Positions 31,988-39,974 of a stretch of DNA of 64,000 nucleotides are shown here, piece after piece. The notes under the pieces were generated by a model. The model was given only the letters and a program-made list of their open reading frames with translations, made no database searches and was not told where the DNA came from. The translations under genes and the position numbers were made by a program. The DNA lies in NCBI GenBank assembly GCA_963794945.1, contig CAWCFT010000001.1, forward strand, positions 352,001-416,000, written 5' to 3'. Each line of letters begins with the position of its first letter. Within the stretch, counting starts at the first letter, position 1. Source of the stretch: Endomicrobiales bacterium (GTDB lineage: Bacteria; Elusimicrobiota; Endomicrobiia; Endomicrobiales; CAWCFT01).

Positions 31988-34087
31988 ATGCTTCAAGACA
32001 GCTTACAGTTCTTAAAAGGCGTCGGCCCTCATAAGGCGAAACTGCTTTCGCGCATCGGGTTAAATTCCATCCGCGACCTGCTGTGCTATTTCCCTAGGGA
32101 ATATGACGACAGAAGGAATGTTACAAAGATCTCGCTTTTCACTCCTCAGGAAAGGATAACCGTTTCCGGCAGGGTTGCCGCCGCCGACGTGCTGAAGCTC
32201 AGCCGCAGCCTTTCAGCGTTCAAGGTGGCGATCGATGACGGCACCGGCGTCGCGTACGCCATGTTCTTCCGTAAATCGAACCCGTACCACAGCCACGATA
32301 TTATGTCGTCGCTCAAGAACAAATTCAAACCGGGCTCAACTGTAATTGTCAACGGCAAGGCCTCTCTGAATTTCGGCGAAAAACAAATTAATGTTGAAGA
32401 GTTCGAGACAGTTGATGAGAACGGTTCTGATGAAAATCTCGTGAACTTCAAACGCATAGTGCCCGTTTACCCGCTGACGCAGGGGATAACCAACAAATGG
32501 CTTAGGCCGCTTATGCGGGAAGCGCTGTTAAAGTATTCGTCCGGTTTTGGCGAGCTGCTCCCGCAGCCAAAAAGAACAGAGCTCTCGCTTACGCCTGTCG
32601 CCGAGGCCCTCAACAAGATACACTTCCCGGCGGAGCTTGGCGACGGCGAAAAAGCAAGAAAGCGGCTTGCCTTCGACGAGTTCTTACTGCTCGAGACCGC
32701 CCTCATGGCCGCAAGGAAGAGGAATTCTGAAAAGGCCAAGAACCGGCCGTACACGGTGAGACGCAGGCTTCTTACGCCGTTCCGCGAAAAACTTGATTTC
32801 GAGTTCACACAGGCGCAAAAGAAAACTATTAACGAAATATTCGGCGACATGGAAAGCCCGAAGCCGATGAACAGGCTTTTGATGGGCGATGTCGGTTCGG
32901 GTAAAACCGTTGTTGCGTTAAGCGCCATACTCTTGGGCATTGAGAATGGTTATCAGGCTGTCTTTCTTGCGCCTACAGAGATTCTTGCAGAGCAGCATTT
33001 TATAACAATAAGCCATTTCTTCGAAGGGCTGGGCGTCCGAACTGCTATTCTTACCGGAAGGCTTTCATCAAAAAAGAAACAGAAGAACAGTGTTCTTGAG
33101 GGCGCCGCGAGCGGTGAGGTCGACCTTCTTGTCGCCACGCACTCCGCCCTTGAAACAAACGTAAAATTCAAACACCTGGCTCTCGCGGTAATTGACGAAC
33201 AGCACCGCTTCGGCGTGCTTCAGCGCGGCAAGATACAGTCGAAATCCGAGAACCCGGACATACTTTTAATGACGGCGACGCCTATACCGAGAACGCTTTC
33301 TCTTACCGTTTACGGCGATATGGATATCTCAGTCATTGACGAACTGCCTCCGGGCCGCCAGCCGATAGTCACCCGGCACGTAAGCGAGCAGGAAGGCTAC
33401 GCGCTTGTGAAAGAAGAAATAAAAAAAGGCCGTCAGGCCTACATCGTTTACCCGCTGGTGGAAGAGTCCGACAAAGTAGAGCTTAAGGCTGCCGTTCAAG
33501 AAGCCGAAGGCCTGTCGGCCTCTGTTTTTAATGGATTTAAAGTCGGGTTGATACACGGGCAATTGCCGTCGGCTACGAAAGACGAGGTAATGAACGATTT
33601 CAGAGAGCGCAAGTTCGACATACTTATAGCGACGACGGTTATAGAAGTGGGTATCGACGTGCCCAACGCGAGCGTAATGGTTATCGAACATTCCGACAGG
33701 TTCGGCCTTGCCACCTTGCACCAGTTGCGGGGAAGGGTCGGCAGGGGGCAGAATAAGTCTTATTGTTTGCTGCTGGGGAACCCCAAAACTGATGAAGCAA
33801 AACGCAGGATAGAAACAATGCAGAAGTATTCCTCTGGCTTCAAGGTTGCCGAAGAGGACTTAGACCTCCGCGGCCCGGGAGAGTTTTTCGGCACGGCCCA
33901 GCACGGCCTGCTCGACCTTAAAGCCGGGAATATTTTAAAGGACTTCGACCTGATAGAAAGCGCCAAGGCCGTTGCCTCGGATATAATCAATGAAGACCCC
34001 GAGCTTAAAGACCCCGTTCATTCAAAGTTGAAAGCCGAGGTTATAAGGCAGTATTCGAACCGTCTGGAGTTGTTGAAAATAGGGTAG
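31988..34087 (+). CDS. recG: ATP-dependent DNA helicase RecG
   Basis: LKGVGP, RLAFDE, GDVGSGKT, APTEILAEQH, DEQHRFG, MTATPIPR, HQLRGRVGRG, DLDLRGPGE. Confidence 0.97.
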   Translation: MLQDSLQFLKGVGPHKAKLLSRIGLNSIRDLLCYFPREYDDRRNVTKISLFTPQERITVSGRVAAADVLKLSRSLSAFKVAIDDGTGVAYAMFFRKSNPYHSHDIMSSLKNKFKPGSTVIVNGKASLNFGEKQINVEEFETVDENGSDENLVNFKRIVPVYPLTQGITNKWLRPLMREALLKYSSGFGELLPQPKRTELSLTPVAEALNKIHFPAELGDGEKARKRLAFDEFLLLETALMAARKRNSEKAKNRPYTVRRRLLTPFREKLDFEFTQAQKKTINEIFGDMESPKPMNRLLMGDVGSGKTVVALSAILLGIENGYQAVFLAPTEILAEQHFITISHFFEGLGVRTAILTGRLSSKKKQKNSVLEGAASGEVDLLVATHSALETNVKFKHLALAVIDEQHRFGVLQRGKIQSKSENPDILLMTATPIPRTLSLTVYGDMDISVIDELPPGRQPIVTRHVSEQEGYALVKEEIKKGRQAYIVYPLVEESDKVELKAAVQEAEGLSASVFNGFKVGLIHGQLPSATKDEVMNDFRERKFDILIATTVIEVGIDVPNASVMVIEHSDRFGLATLHQLRGRVGRGQNKSYCLLLGNPKTDEAKRRIETMQKYSSGFKVAEEDLDLRGPGEFFGTAQHGLLDLKAGNILKDFDLIESAKAVASDIINEDPELKDPVHSKLKAEVIRQYSNRLELLKIG

Positions 34088-34160
34088 AACAAATGCAATG
34101 ACGGTAAGTAATAGGTTTATCACAGCTGTCTGGACAAATGTCGCCCTAAAACTATTATTT

Positions 34161-34251
34161 TGTCATTTCGATCCCGCCTTGGCGGGAGAGAAATCTTTAA
34201 GTCAATTCAAGGATAGATCTCTCATCCGCCTTCGGCGGATTCGAGATGACA
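34161..34251 (-). repeat. REP-like palindromic element, copy 2 (inverted relative to copies 1 and 3)
   Basis: TGTCATTTCGATCCCGCCTTGGCGGGAGAGAAATCT-spacer-AGATCTCTCATCCGCCTTCGGCGGATTCGAGATGACA. Confidence 0.85.
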
Positions 34252-34293
34252 GCAATAAAATGATTTGTATTCCAAACAAATGCGATGGTGTAG

Positions 34294-34833
34294 ATGAAAA
34301 TTAAATTACTTCTTATCGAAACACTTTTAATATCCTCAAGTTTATTTATATTTTCGCCACTACTGCCTGCGGAGGAGAAAATGCAAGAACTCTTAACCGT
34401 CGAACATGTTGACATTAACCGCTACATGGGCGCCTGGCACGAAATAGCGAGATTCACGCAGAGCTTTGAAAAAGGCCTCGTTAACGTCACGGCTACATAC
34501 ACACTGCTTCCTAACGGCAAAGTTGACGTTCTAAACTCCGGGCATAAAGGCACGGTAAACGGCAAACTAAAAACCGCTCACGGAAAAGCAAAAATCGCCG
34601 ACAAAAAGACTAATGCCAAACTCATGGTAACTTTTTTCTGGCCTTTCTACGGAGACTACTGGATAATTGACCTTGGCAAAAACTACGAATACGCCGTGGT
34701 AGGCGAACCGGGCAGAAAATATCTATGGATACTGTCCCGCACAAAGGAAATGGACAAAGAAGTCTACAACCAGATCATAGAAAAGTTAAAATCCGTTGGT
34801 TATGACACTTCAAGGCTTGATATGGTCCCTTAG
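34294..34833 (+). CDS. lipocalin (Blc-like), exported
   Basis: VDINRYMGAWHEIAR, VTATY, VTFFWPFYGDYWII, YAVVG, YLWILSR; signal-like N-terminus without a lipobox Cys. Confidence 0.88.
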   Translation: MKIKLLLIETLLISSSLFIFSPLLPAEEKMQELLTVEHVDINRYMGAWHEIARFTQSFEKGLVNVTATYTLLPNGKVDVLNSGHKGTVNGKLKTAHGKAKIADKKTNAKLMVTFFWPFYGDYWIIDLGKNYEYAVVGEPGRKYLWILSRTKEMDKEVYNQIIEKLKSVGYDTSRLDMVP

Positions 34834-34873
34834 TATATCTAGTTATCTTCTCATTCTGCCTGGCAAGTGAAAG

Positions 34874-34902
34874 TTGAAAAACCCGTAAAAAAGAAGTAGA
34901 AT
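34874..34902 (+). promoter_or_regulatory. putative sigma70 promoter
   Basis: TTGAAA, 17 nt, TAGAAT upstream of the P-loop gene pair. Confidence 0.55.
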
Positions 34903-34972
34903 TTCATTGTTGCAAAGTGATTAATCAGAAATAAGTATTACATGAACAGTAAATCTTTCAAAAGCCGCATCT

Positions 34973-35548
34973 ATGGATAAGAAAACAAATAACATATACA
35001 TAATAGCGGGCTCAAATGGCTCAGGGAAGACCACATTTGCAAAGAGATTTCTTCCAAAATATGCTAAATGTCCTAATTTTATTAATGCCGATCTTATCGC
35101 GCAGGGGTTGTCACCTTTTGAGCCTCAAACGGCGGCCCTGAAAGCTGGAAAAATTGTTTTACAGCAAATTGAAGAATTTTCTGCCCGTGGTTTGGATTTT
35201 GGTTTTGAAACAACTCTCTCTGGTAAATCATATGTAAAGTTGCTTGATGATTTGATTAAGAAGGGATATGAACTGCATTTGTACTATCTCTGGATACCTG
35301 ATACGCGATTGGCGATAGAGCGCATAAAGGGCCGGGTATTAGAAGGCGGGCGCAACATACCTGATATAGATGTTCGTCGGCGCTTTACGCGCAGTATATC
35401 CAATTTCTTCAGGTTATATGAACCTCTATTGAGCACATGGATGATGTTCGATAATTCGGGGCAGGAACCCGAATTAATCGCAAGAGGAAATAATGGACAA
35501 ATTGCGGTGGCAAACAAAGAACTATTTGAAGCTATAAAGGTGAGGTAA
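34973..35548 (+). CDS. zeta-toxin-like P-loop kinase/ATPase
   Basis: IIAGSNGSGKTT, FINADLIA, FETTLSG, RIKGRVLEGG, FDNS. Confidence 0.8.
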   Translation: MDKKTNNIYIIAGSNGSGKTTFAKRFLPKYAKCPNFINADLIAQGLSPFEPQTAALKAGKIVLQQIEEFSARGLDFGFETTLSGKSYVKLLDDLIKKGYELHLYYLWIPDTRLAIERIKGRVLEGGRNIPDIDVRRRFTRSISNFFRLYEPLLSTWMMFDNSGQEPELIARGNNGQIAVANKELFEAIKVR

Positions 35549-35554
35549 AATAAA

Positions 35555-35707
35555 ATGATAAAAAAAACTGTTTTACAAGGCAAAGCCGAAATTGCAATGA
35601 AAGAAGCGGTGAGGGAAGTAATCGAACAACACAAAAGAACCGGCCGTACGTTGGCTGTGTGGAAAAATGGCAAGGTCGTGCATTTGTCGCCGCGTTCTAT
35701 AAAATGA
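35555..35707 (+). CDS. 50-aa partner protein (putative antitoxin-like)
   Basis: SD GAGG, ATG at 35555, MIKKTVLQGKAEIAMKEAVREVIEQHKRTGRTLAVWKNGKVVHLSPRSIK-stop. Too short to appear in the ORF track. Confidence 0.7.
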   Translation: MIKKTVLQGKAEIAMKEAVREVIEQHKRTGRTLAVWKNGKVVHLSPRSIK

Positions 35708-35825
35708 TATTTGCTCCGTGCGAGATGCTTTTTTAATGAAGTATCCAATAGCCCGTCTTTGTCGGACTTGAGGGGAAATATTGTGGGGCCCAGAGAAAAT
35801 CATCAAAGGGAAATATATTTTAAAT

Positions 35826-35866
35826 TGACACGAAGTGTCATCCCCGAGCGCCTAAATCGGGGATCC
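35826..35866 (+). repeat. partial REP-like element
   Basis: TGACAC-GAA-GTGTCA hairpin running into TGTCATCCCCGAGCGCCTAAATCGGGGATC, the same arrangement as at 31828-31890. Confidence 0.6.
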
Positions 35867-35876
35867 AGCAGTATGT

Positions 35877-35912
35877 AAGCCACATTCGCGCGCCGCGCGG
35901 TGTGGTTTTTTT
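35877..35912 (+). terminator. intrinsic terminator upstream of the ParB-like gene
   Basis: AAGCCACATTCGCGC-GCC-GCGCGGTGTGG followed by T7. Confidence 0.75.
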
Positions 35913-35947
35913 ATTTTAGGTTACACTTAGGATGTATTACGGAATTG

Positions 35948-35972
35948 AGTTGTTTACAATTTGTAGACAACT
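35948..35972. promoter_or_regulatory. operator-like palindrome upstream of the ParB-like gene
   Basis: AGTTGTTTACAA-T-TTGTAGACAACT: 11 of 12 pairs, containing a TACAAT -10-like hexamer. Confidence 0.6.
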
Positions 35973-36005
35973 GAAACTACATTCTCAATAGGAGGGCAAT
36001 AAACC

Positions 36006-37655
36006 ATGGCAGATGAAGTACGGATGATCAAGTTAAGCCAAATTGTTGTGCCGGCGCATATGCGCAAGCATAGCCCTGAAAAGACGGCCGAACTGGCTAA
36101 GGATATTAAAGAGCACGGCCAGCTTCAGGATGTAGTTATCACACCTATGGGGGATGGAAATTTTGAGCTTTTGGCTGGCGCCAATCGTTATGAGGCCATG
36201 AAACTAAACGGCGCGGACGAACTCCGGTGCCTGGTCAAAGAGAACGTTTCACCGTACGAAAGGTCATGTATTACCCTGGCAGAGAATCTCAAGCGGGAGG
36301 ACGTCTCCCCTGTAGACCTGGGGTTTGAGCTAGACAGGGCCATGAAAACCGGCAACAAAACCCAGGAAGAGCTGGCAAAAGACCTGGGTGTGACGCAAGG
36401 CTATATAAGCCAATATGTGGTAACTACTGATCTTTCTGAGCCTGTCAGGGAAATTATTAAACGTTTAATAATTGGCATAGGCATCATAAATCAGATAGCC
36501 CGCCTGGCTGGTGACGAGGCCAAAATAGCCATGCTTGAAAGGTGCGAGAAAGAGGGCCTTTCAGTAAAACAGGTTGAAATTTTAGTCAATAAAGCGTTAG
36601 CAGCTTCGCCCAGCCCCGCCGGTCAGGCTGAGGCAGTCAATAAAACTGATGGCGGGACAGACCCAAAGCCCAAAAAGGCAGGCAAGGGCGGAAAGGGCCA
36701 CGCAGGGGATGTCCGCATAGTTAAGACAGGCAAAGTTATATGCCTGCAATACTTCTTCAATGAAGGCACTCCCCCGGATGCCATCGCCAAACCCGTAACA
36801 AACAGGTACCAGCAATGGTTTGATGAGCAAGCCCAGCCAAAACCTGATCTCAAGGCCCAAAAGGCGCAGCTTCGCAAAAGCGAAAAGGAAACCGCTGCTA
36901 AGATAGCCAATGTTCAGAAACTTTTAAAGTTAGCGCAGGACCATGACAAAGGATTGGAAAAGGCAGGCCGTGACAGGACTGCCAGCCTGAAAGAAGTAGA
37001 GGACTTAAAGGCCGAACTTCAAACGTTGAAGTCACAGATCCGCCATGGAGGGGCAAATAGTAAACCCAACAAGCCAACACCGCAAGCCCCTACCCAGGCT
37101 CAAATAATGGAACAAGCTAAGAAGCTCAAAGAAGGCGGCCTGGGCGCAACTGTAGCCCAACTTGAATCTCAAATTGCTCAAGCGAAAAAGAGCCTTGAAG
37201 CTCCCGGCATAACCGACGCGCAAAAGGCCGGGCTAAATATGGCCATTCAAAATCTTCAGTCACAGCTTGATGCGCTAAGGAAAGACAACAATACAAATCC
37301 CAATTTCCAGATCCCAAAACAAAACGATAATAAATCCTCGCCCCTTGCGGGTAAGACTTTGGACCTTGAGGGCCAGACCGAAGGGCCCGAAAAGGAAGAG
37401 GGTAAGGGTGAGGGGGATGTTCTGGCGAACGTTGAAGACCAGAAAAAGAAAATGCTTGACTTGATAAACAGCGGCCGGATGTCACCTGAGGATATGGCAA
37501 ACGTAAAATCGCAGTATGAGGCCGCCATACCCCAAACCCAGCAGGATCTTGCTAAGCCGGAAACTAATGAAGCCAAAGCCGCCTATCTGAAAGCATGGAT
37601 ACAGATGATGCAGGAAGTAATCGAAGCGATCAAAAAAAAGTTGAGTGGGCAGTGA
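36006..37655 (+). CDS. orphan ParB/Spo0J-like protein with HTH and long coiled-coil/repeat C-terminus
   Basis: SD AGGAGG. Box I ELAKDIKEHGQLQDVVI, Box II LLAGANRYEA, Box III LAENLKREDVSP. HTH KTQEELAKDLGVTQGYISQYV. Confidence 0.85.
   Translation: MADEVRMIKLSQIVVPAHMRKHSPEKTAELAKDIKEHGQLQDVVITPMGDGNFELLAGANRYEAMKLNGADELRCLVKENVSPYERSCITLAENLKREDVSPVDLGFELDRAMKTGNKTQEELAKDLGVTQGYISQYVVTTDLSEPVREIIKRLIIGIGIINQIARLAGDEAKIAMLERCEKEGLSVKQVEILVNKALAASPSPAGQAEAVNKTDGGTDPKPKKAGKGGKGHAGDVRIVKTGKVICLQYFFNEGTPPDAIAKPVTNRYQQWFDEQAQPKPDLKAQKAQLRKSEKETAAKIANVQKLLKLAQDHDKGLEKAGRDRTASLKEVEDLKAELQTLKSQIRHGGANSKPNKPTPQAPTQAQIMEQAKKLKEGGLGATVAQLESQIAQAKKSLEAPGITDAQKAGLNMAIQNLQSQLDALRKDNNTNPNFQIPKQNDNKSSPLAGKTLDLEGQTEGPEKEEGKGEGDVLANVEDQKKKMLDLINSGRMSPEDMANVKSQYEAAIPQTQQDLAKPETNEAKAAYLKAWIQMMQEVIEAIKKKLSGQ
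36452..36473. repeat. perfect 22-bp palindrome within the ParB-like CDS
   Basis: AATTATTAAACGTTTAATAATT is its own reverse complement. Confidence 0.95.
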
Positions 37656-37680
37656 GCATAGCAGATTTTTGACTAATGGT

Positions 37681-38661
37681 ATGAATGTTATGCAAAAAAA
37701 AGAATTAAATGATTATTTAAATAACCTTAAAAAAAAGCACAACCTAAAAGAATGTTTTGCTCTAAACGCTGATTGTTCAGAAAATATCATTCAAGCGCAT
37801 TCTATACAAAATAACCGTATTTTAAAAAGAATATCTAAAGATGGTTTAATATTATATTTTGGGAAAGGCGATATTGATCGAGAAAATATGCAACCAAAGC
37901 AATTTGGCCGCAAAACCACATCGACATTTACAGGGTTTTGTGGTTATCATGATCAGAGAATATTTAAGCCAATTGACGACTTCGACTATGAGCAAGGAAA
38001 CGAGGAACAAGAATATTTGTTTTCCTATAAAGCTCTCGCCAAGGAATATCATACGAAGGCTTGTGCATTGTTTGTTGCGAACGAAATACTTGAGAAAAAG
38101 GAACTACCCAATTTCGATTATGAAACATATTATTGGTATATGGTTGGCACAAATAGGTCTTATGATCAGTTGTCGAGAATGCGTATTGCCTTTAATAAGA
38201 ATCTAGAAAGAAAACGATTTTACAAAATATTCACAAAAAGAATAGTTTTTGATGAGGTTTATCCGTTAGCTGTTAGTTCAATGATTTCTTTATCAACTGA
38301 TTTTCAGGGCAATAAAATAAACGATTTAGCGAATATGAAAAAAGATATTTTGCCAATATTTGTGACTATATTCCCTCAGAAAAATAAAACACACATACTT
38401 ATTCAATGCTTAAAAAAGGAAATAAATATATTTAACAAATTATTTAAACAATTTGATCAACCCCTGAATGACTTAAAGCCGAAATTATCTATGTTATTGT
38501 TAACTTACTGTGAAAATATGGCTATCTCTCCATTCCATTGGGACAAACTTTCAAAAAACCAACAAAATTTATTTGTTAGTGGTTTTTTGGAAAGCACTTT
38601 AGATTATACTGAAATTCAAAATTACAAGAAATATGAACAATGTAATTTATTTAACACGTGA
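37681..38661 (+). CDS. AT-rich hypothetical protein with HNH-like Cys/His motifs; start codon uncertain
   Basis: CFALNADC...IIQAHSIQNN...TFTGFCGYHDQRIF; visibly more AT-rich than its flanks. Confidence 0.6.
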   Translation: MNVMQKKELNDYLNNLKKKHNLKECFALNADCSENIIQAHSIQNNRILKRISKDGLILYFGKGDIDRENMQPKQFGRKTTSTFTGFCGYHDQRIFKPIDDFDYEQGNEEQEYLFSYKALAKEYHTKACALFVANEILEKKELPNFDYETYYWYMVGTNRSYDQLSRMRIAFNKNLERKRFYKIFTKRIVFDEVYPLAVSSMISLSTDFQGNKINDLANMKKDILPIFVTIFPQKNKTHILIQCLKKEINIFNKLFKQFDQPLNDLKPKLSMLLLTYCENMAISPFHWDKLSKNQQNLFVSGFLESTLDYTEIQNYKKYEQCNLFNT

Positions 38662-38682
38662 ATTGTTCCAGATTTAACTAGT

Positions 38683-38737
38683 TGTATAAATGGGGACGGC
38701 TCCAATTAATGTATTAAATAGGGACGGTTCTAATTAA
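38683..38737 (+). repeat. two imperfect tandem direct repeats (27-28 bp)
   Basis: TGTATAAATGGGGACGGCTCCAATTAA / TGTATTAAATAGGGACGGTTCTAATTAA. Confidence 0.7.
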
Positions 38738-38851
38738 AATATGAACCATGCCAGCCCGCCTAGGCGGATCTTCGACTTGACTTGTTGCTCTTGATGAAAC
38801 AATCTATAGTTCTACGAGGATAAAAGAAGTGCGGGATGTACACGCGACAGA

Positions 38852-38880
38852 TTGAATATTTAGTAGAAATTATGTAATAT
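38852..38880 (+). promoter_or_regulatory. putative sigma70 promoter
   Basis: TTGAAT, 17 nt, TAATAT upstream of the flavodoxin gene. Confidence 0.5.
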
Positions 38881-38917
38881 TATTTATCAAGATCATAGTC
38901 GCAAAAGGAGAAAATCT

Positions 38918-39508
38918 ATGCGTACAATTAAACTGCTCATAACAACGGCACTCATGGTATTTACGGCCTGGCTTTTGGTGGTAAAGAGTTCTCGGGCCGC
39001 GGAAGCGCAACCGGCCGCGCCTTCGGGGCAAAAGAAAATTCTGGTGGTGTTTTACTCACGCACGGGCAATACCAAGAAAGTTGCGCAGGATATCGCCCAG
39101 AGCCTCGGCGCCGACGTGGAACAGCTTATCGACAAAAAAGACCGCAGCGGAGCGCTTGGGTACATGGGAGCCGGCAAGGACGCTTCAAAAGAAACGCTTG
39201 CTGACATCGAACCTATAAAGTACGACCCGGCGAAATACGACCTGATAGTTATGGGAACCCCGGTCTGGGCATGGAACATGACGCCCGCAATACGGACTTA
39301 CATAACAAACAACAAATCTTCATTTAAAGATGTGGCGTTTTTTACTACAGCGGGCGGGACAAAACCCGAAAAGATAGTGGCAAAGATGGAAACTCTGTCA
39401 GGGAAAAAAGCGAAAGCTTTCGCCGGTTTTTTTGCTGGGGAAATAAACTCAAAAGATACCGCCAAGTATGACCAGAAGTTGTCCGCCTTTATCTCCAGCC
39501 TGAAATAA
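38918..39508 (+). CDS. flavodoxin-like protein with signal peptide
   Basis: Sec-type N-terminus ending SRA/AEA, FMN loop FYSRTGNTKKVA, GTPVWAW, FFTTAGG. Confidence 0.85.
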   Translation: MRTIKLLITTALMVFTAWLLVVKSSRAAEAQPAAPSGQKKILVVFYSRTGNTKKVAQDIAQSLGADVEQLIDKKDRSGALGYMGAGKDASKETLADIEPIKYDPAKYDLIVMGTPVWAWNMTPAIRTYITNNKSSFKDVAFFTTAGGTKPEKIVAKMETLSGKKAKAFAGFFAGEINSKDTAKYDQKLSAFISSLK

Positions 39509-39834
39509 TGGGTATCGAACAACTTATAGCGGCTACCGGGATAGTGTCGTTTGTATTGTTCCTGCTGTCCGCGGTAAACGGCATACCAAAGCTCCGCCTC
39601 CTGCGGTACCACGCGGTAACTTCTTACTCTTGCCTCGTAATATTAATTCTTCATGCTGCCGCCGCCATTAAATGCGACATATACGAACCACTCGGCATGA
39701 TCGCCGCCTTAGCCATGCTATTAACTATTATCAGCGGGCGTTTTCGATGGAAACTGCGGCTGCATATTGGCCTTGCTCTGTTCACCCTGGCGCTTACGGT
39801 TGCGCATGTGGGTTTGGTCATGTATATGAAATAA
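39508..39834 (+). CDS. small 4-TM membrane protein with two H-x13-H pairs
   Basis: YHAVTSYSCLVILILH and LHIGLALFTLALTVAH; TAATG overlap with the flavodoxin gene. Confidence 0.65.
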   Translation: MGIEQLIAATGIVSFVLFLLSAVNGIPKLRLLRYHAVTSYSCLVILILHAAAAIKCDIYEPLGMIAALAMLLTIISGRFRWKLRLHIGLALFTLALTVAHVGLVMYMK

Positions 39835-39893
39835 AAGCGCGCTGGCCCTGCCAAAAACATAAACGAATAATAATCTTATTGCATACATAAGCC

Positions 39894-39974
39894 TGTCATC
39901 TCGAATCCGCCTTGGGCGGATGAGAGATCTTGATTTTGTTTGACTTAAGATTTCTCCCTTCGGTCGAAATGACA
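39894..39974 (+). repeat. REP-like palindromic element, copy 3
   Basis: TGTCATCTCGAATCCGCCTTGGGCGGATGAGAGATCT-spacer-AGATTTCTCCCTTCGGTCGAAATGACA. Confidence 0.85.

Noticed and set aside
36006..37655. Chromosomal parABS locus or prophage/plasmid partition module
   Set aside because: No parA, no canonical TGTTTCACGTGAAACA parS noticed, and no replication, phage or integrase genes nearby.
38683..38737. Mini CRISPR array
   Set aside because: Only two imperfect repeats, abutting with no spacer, and no cas genes.
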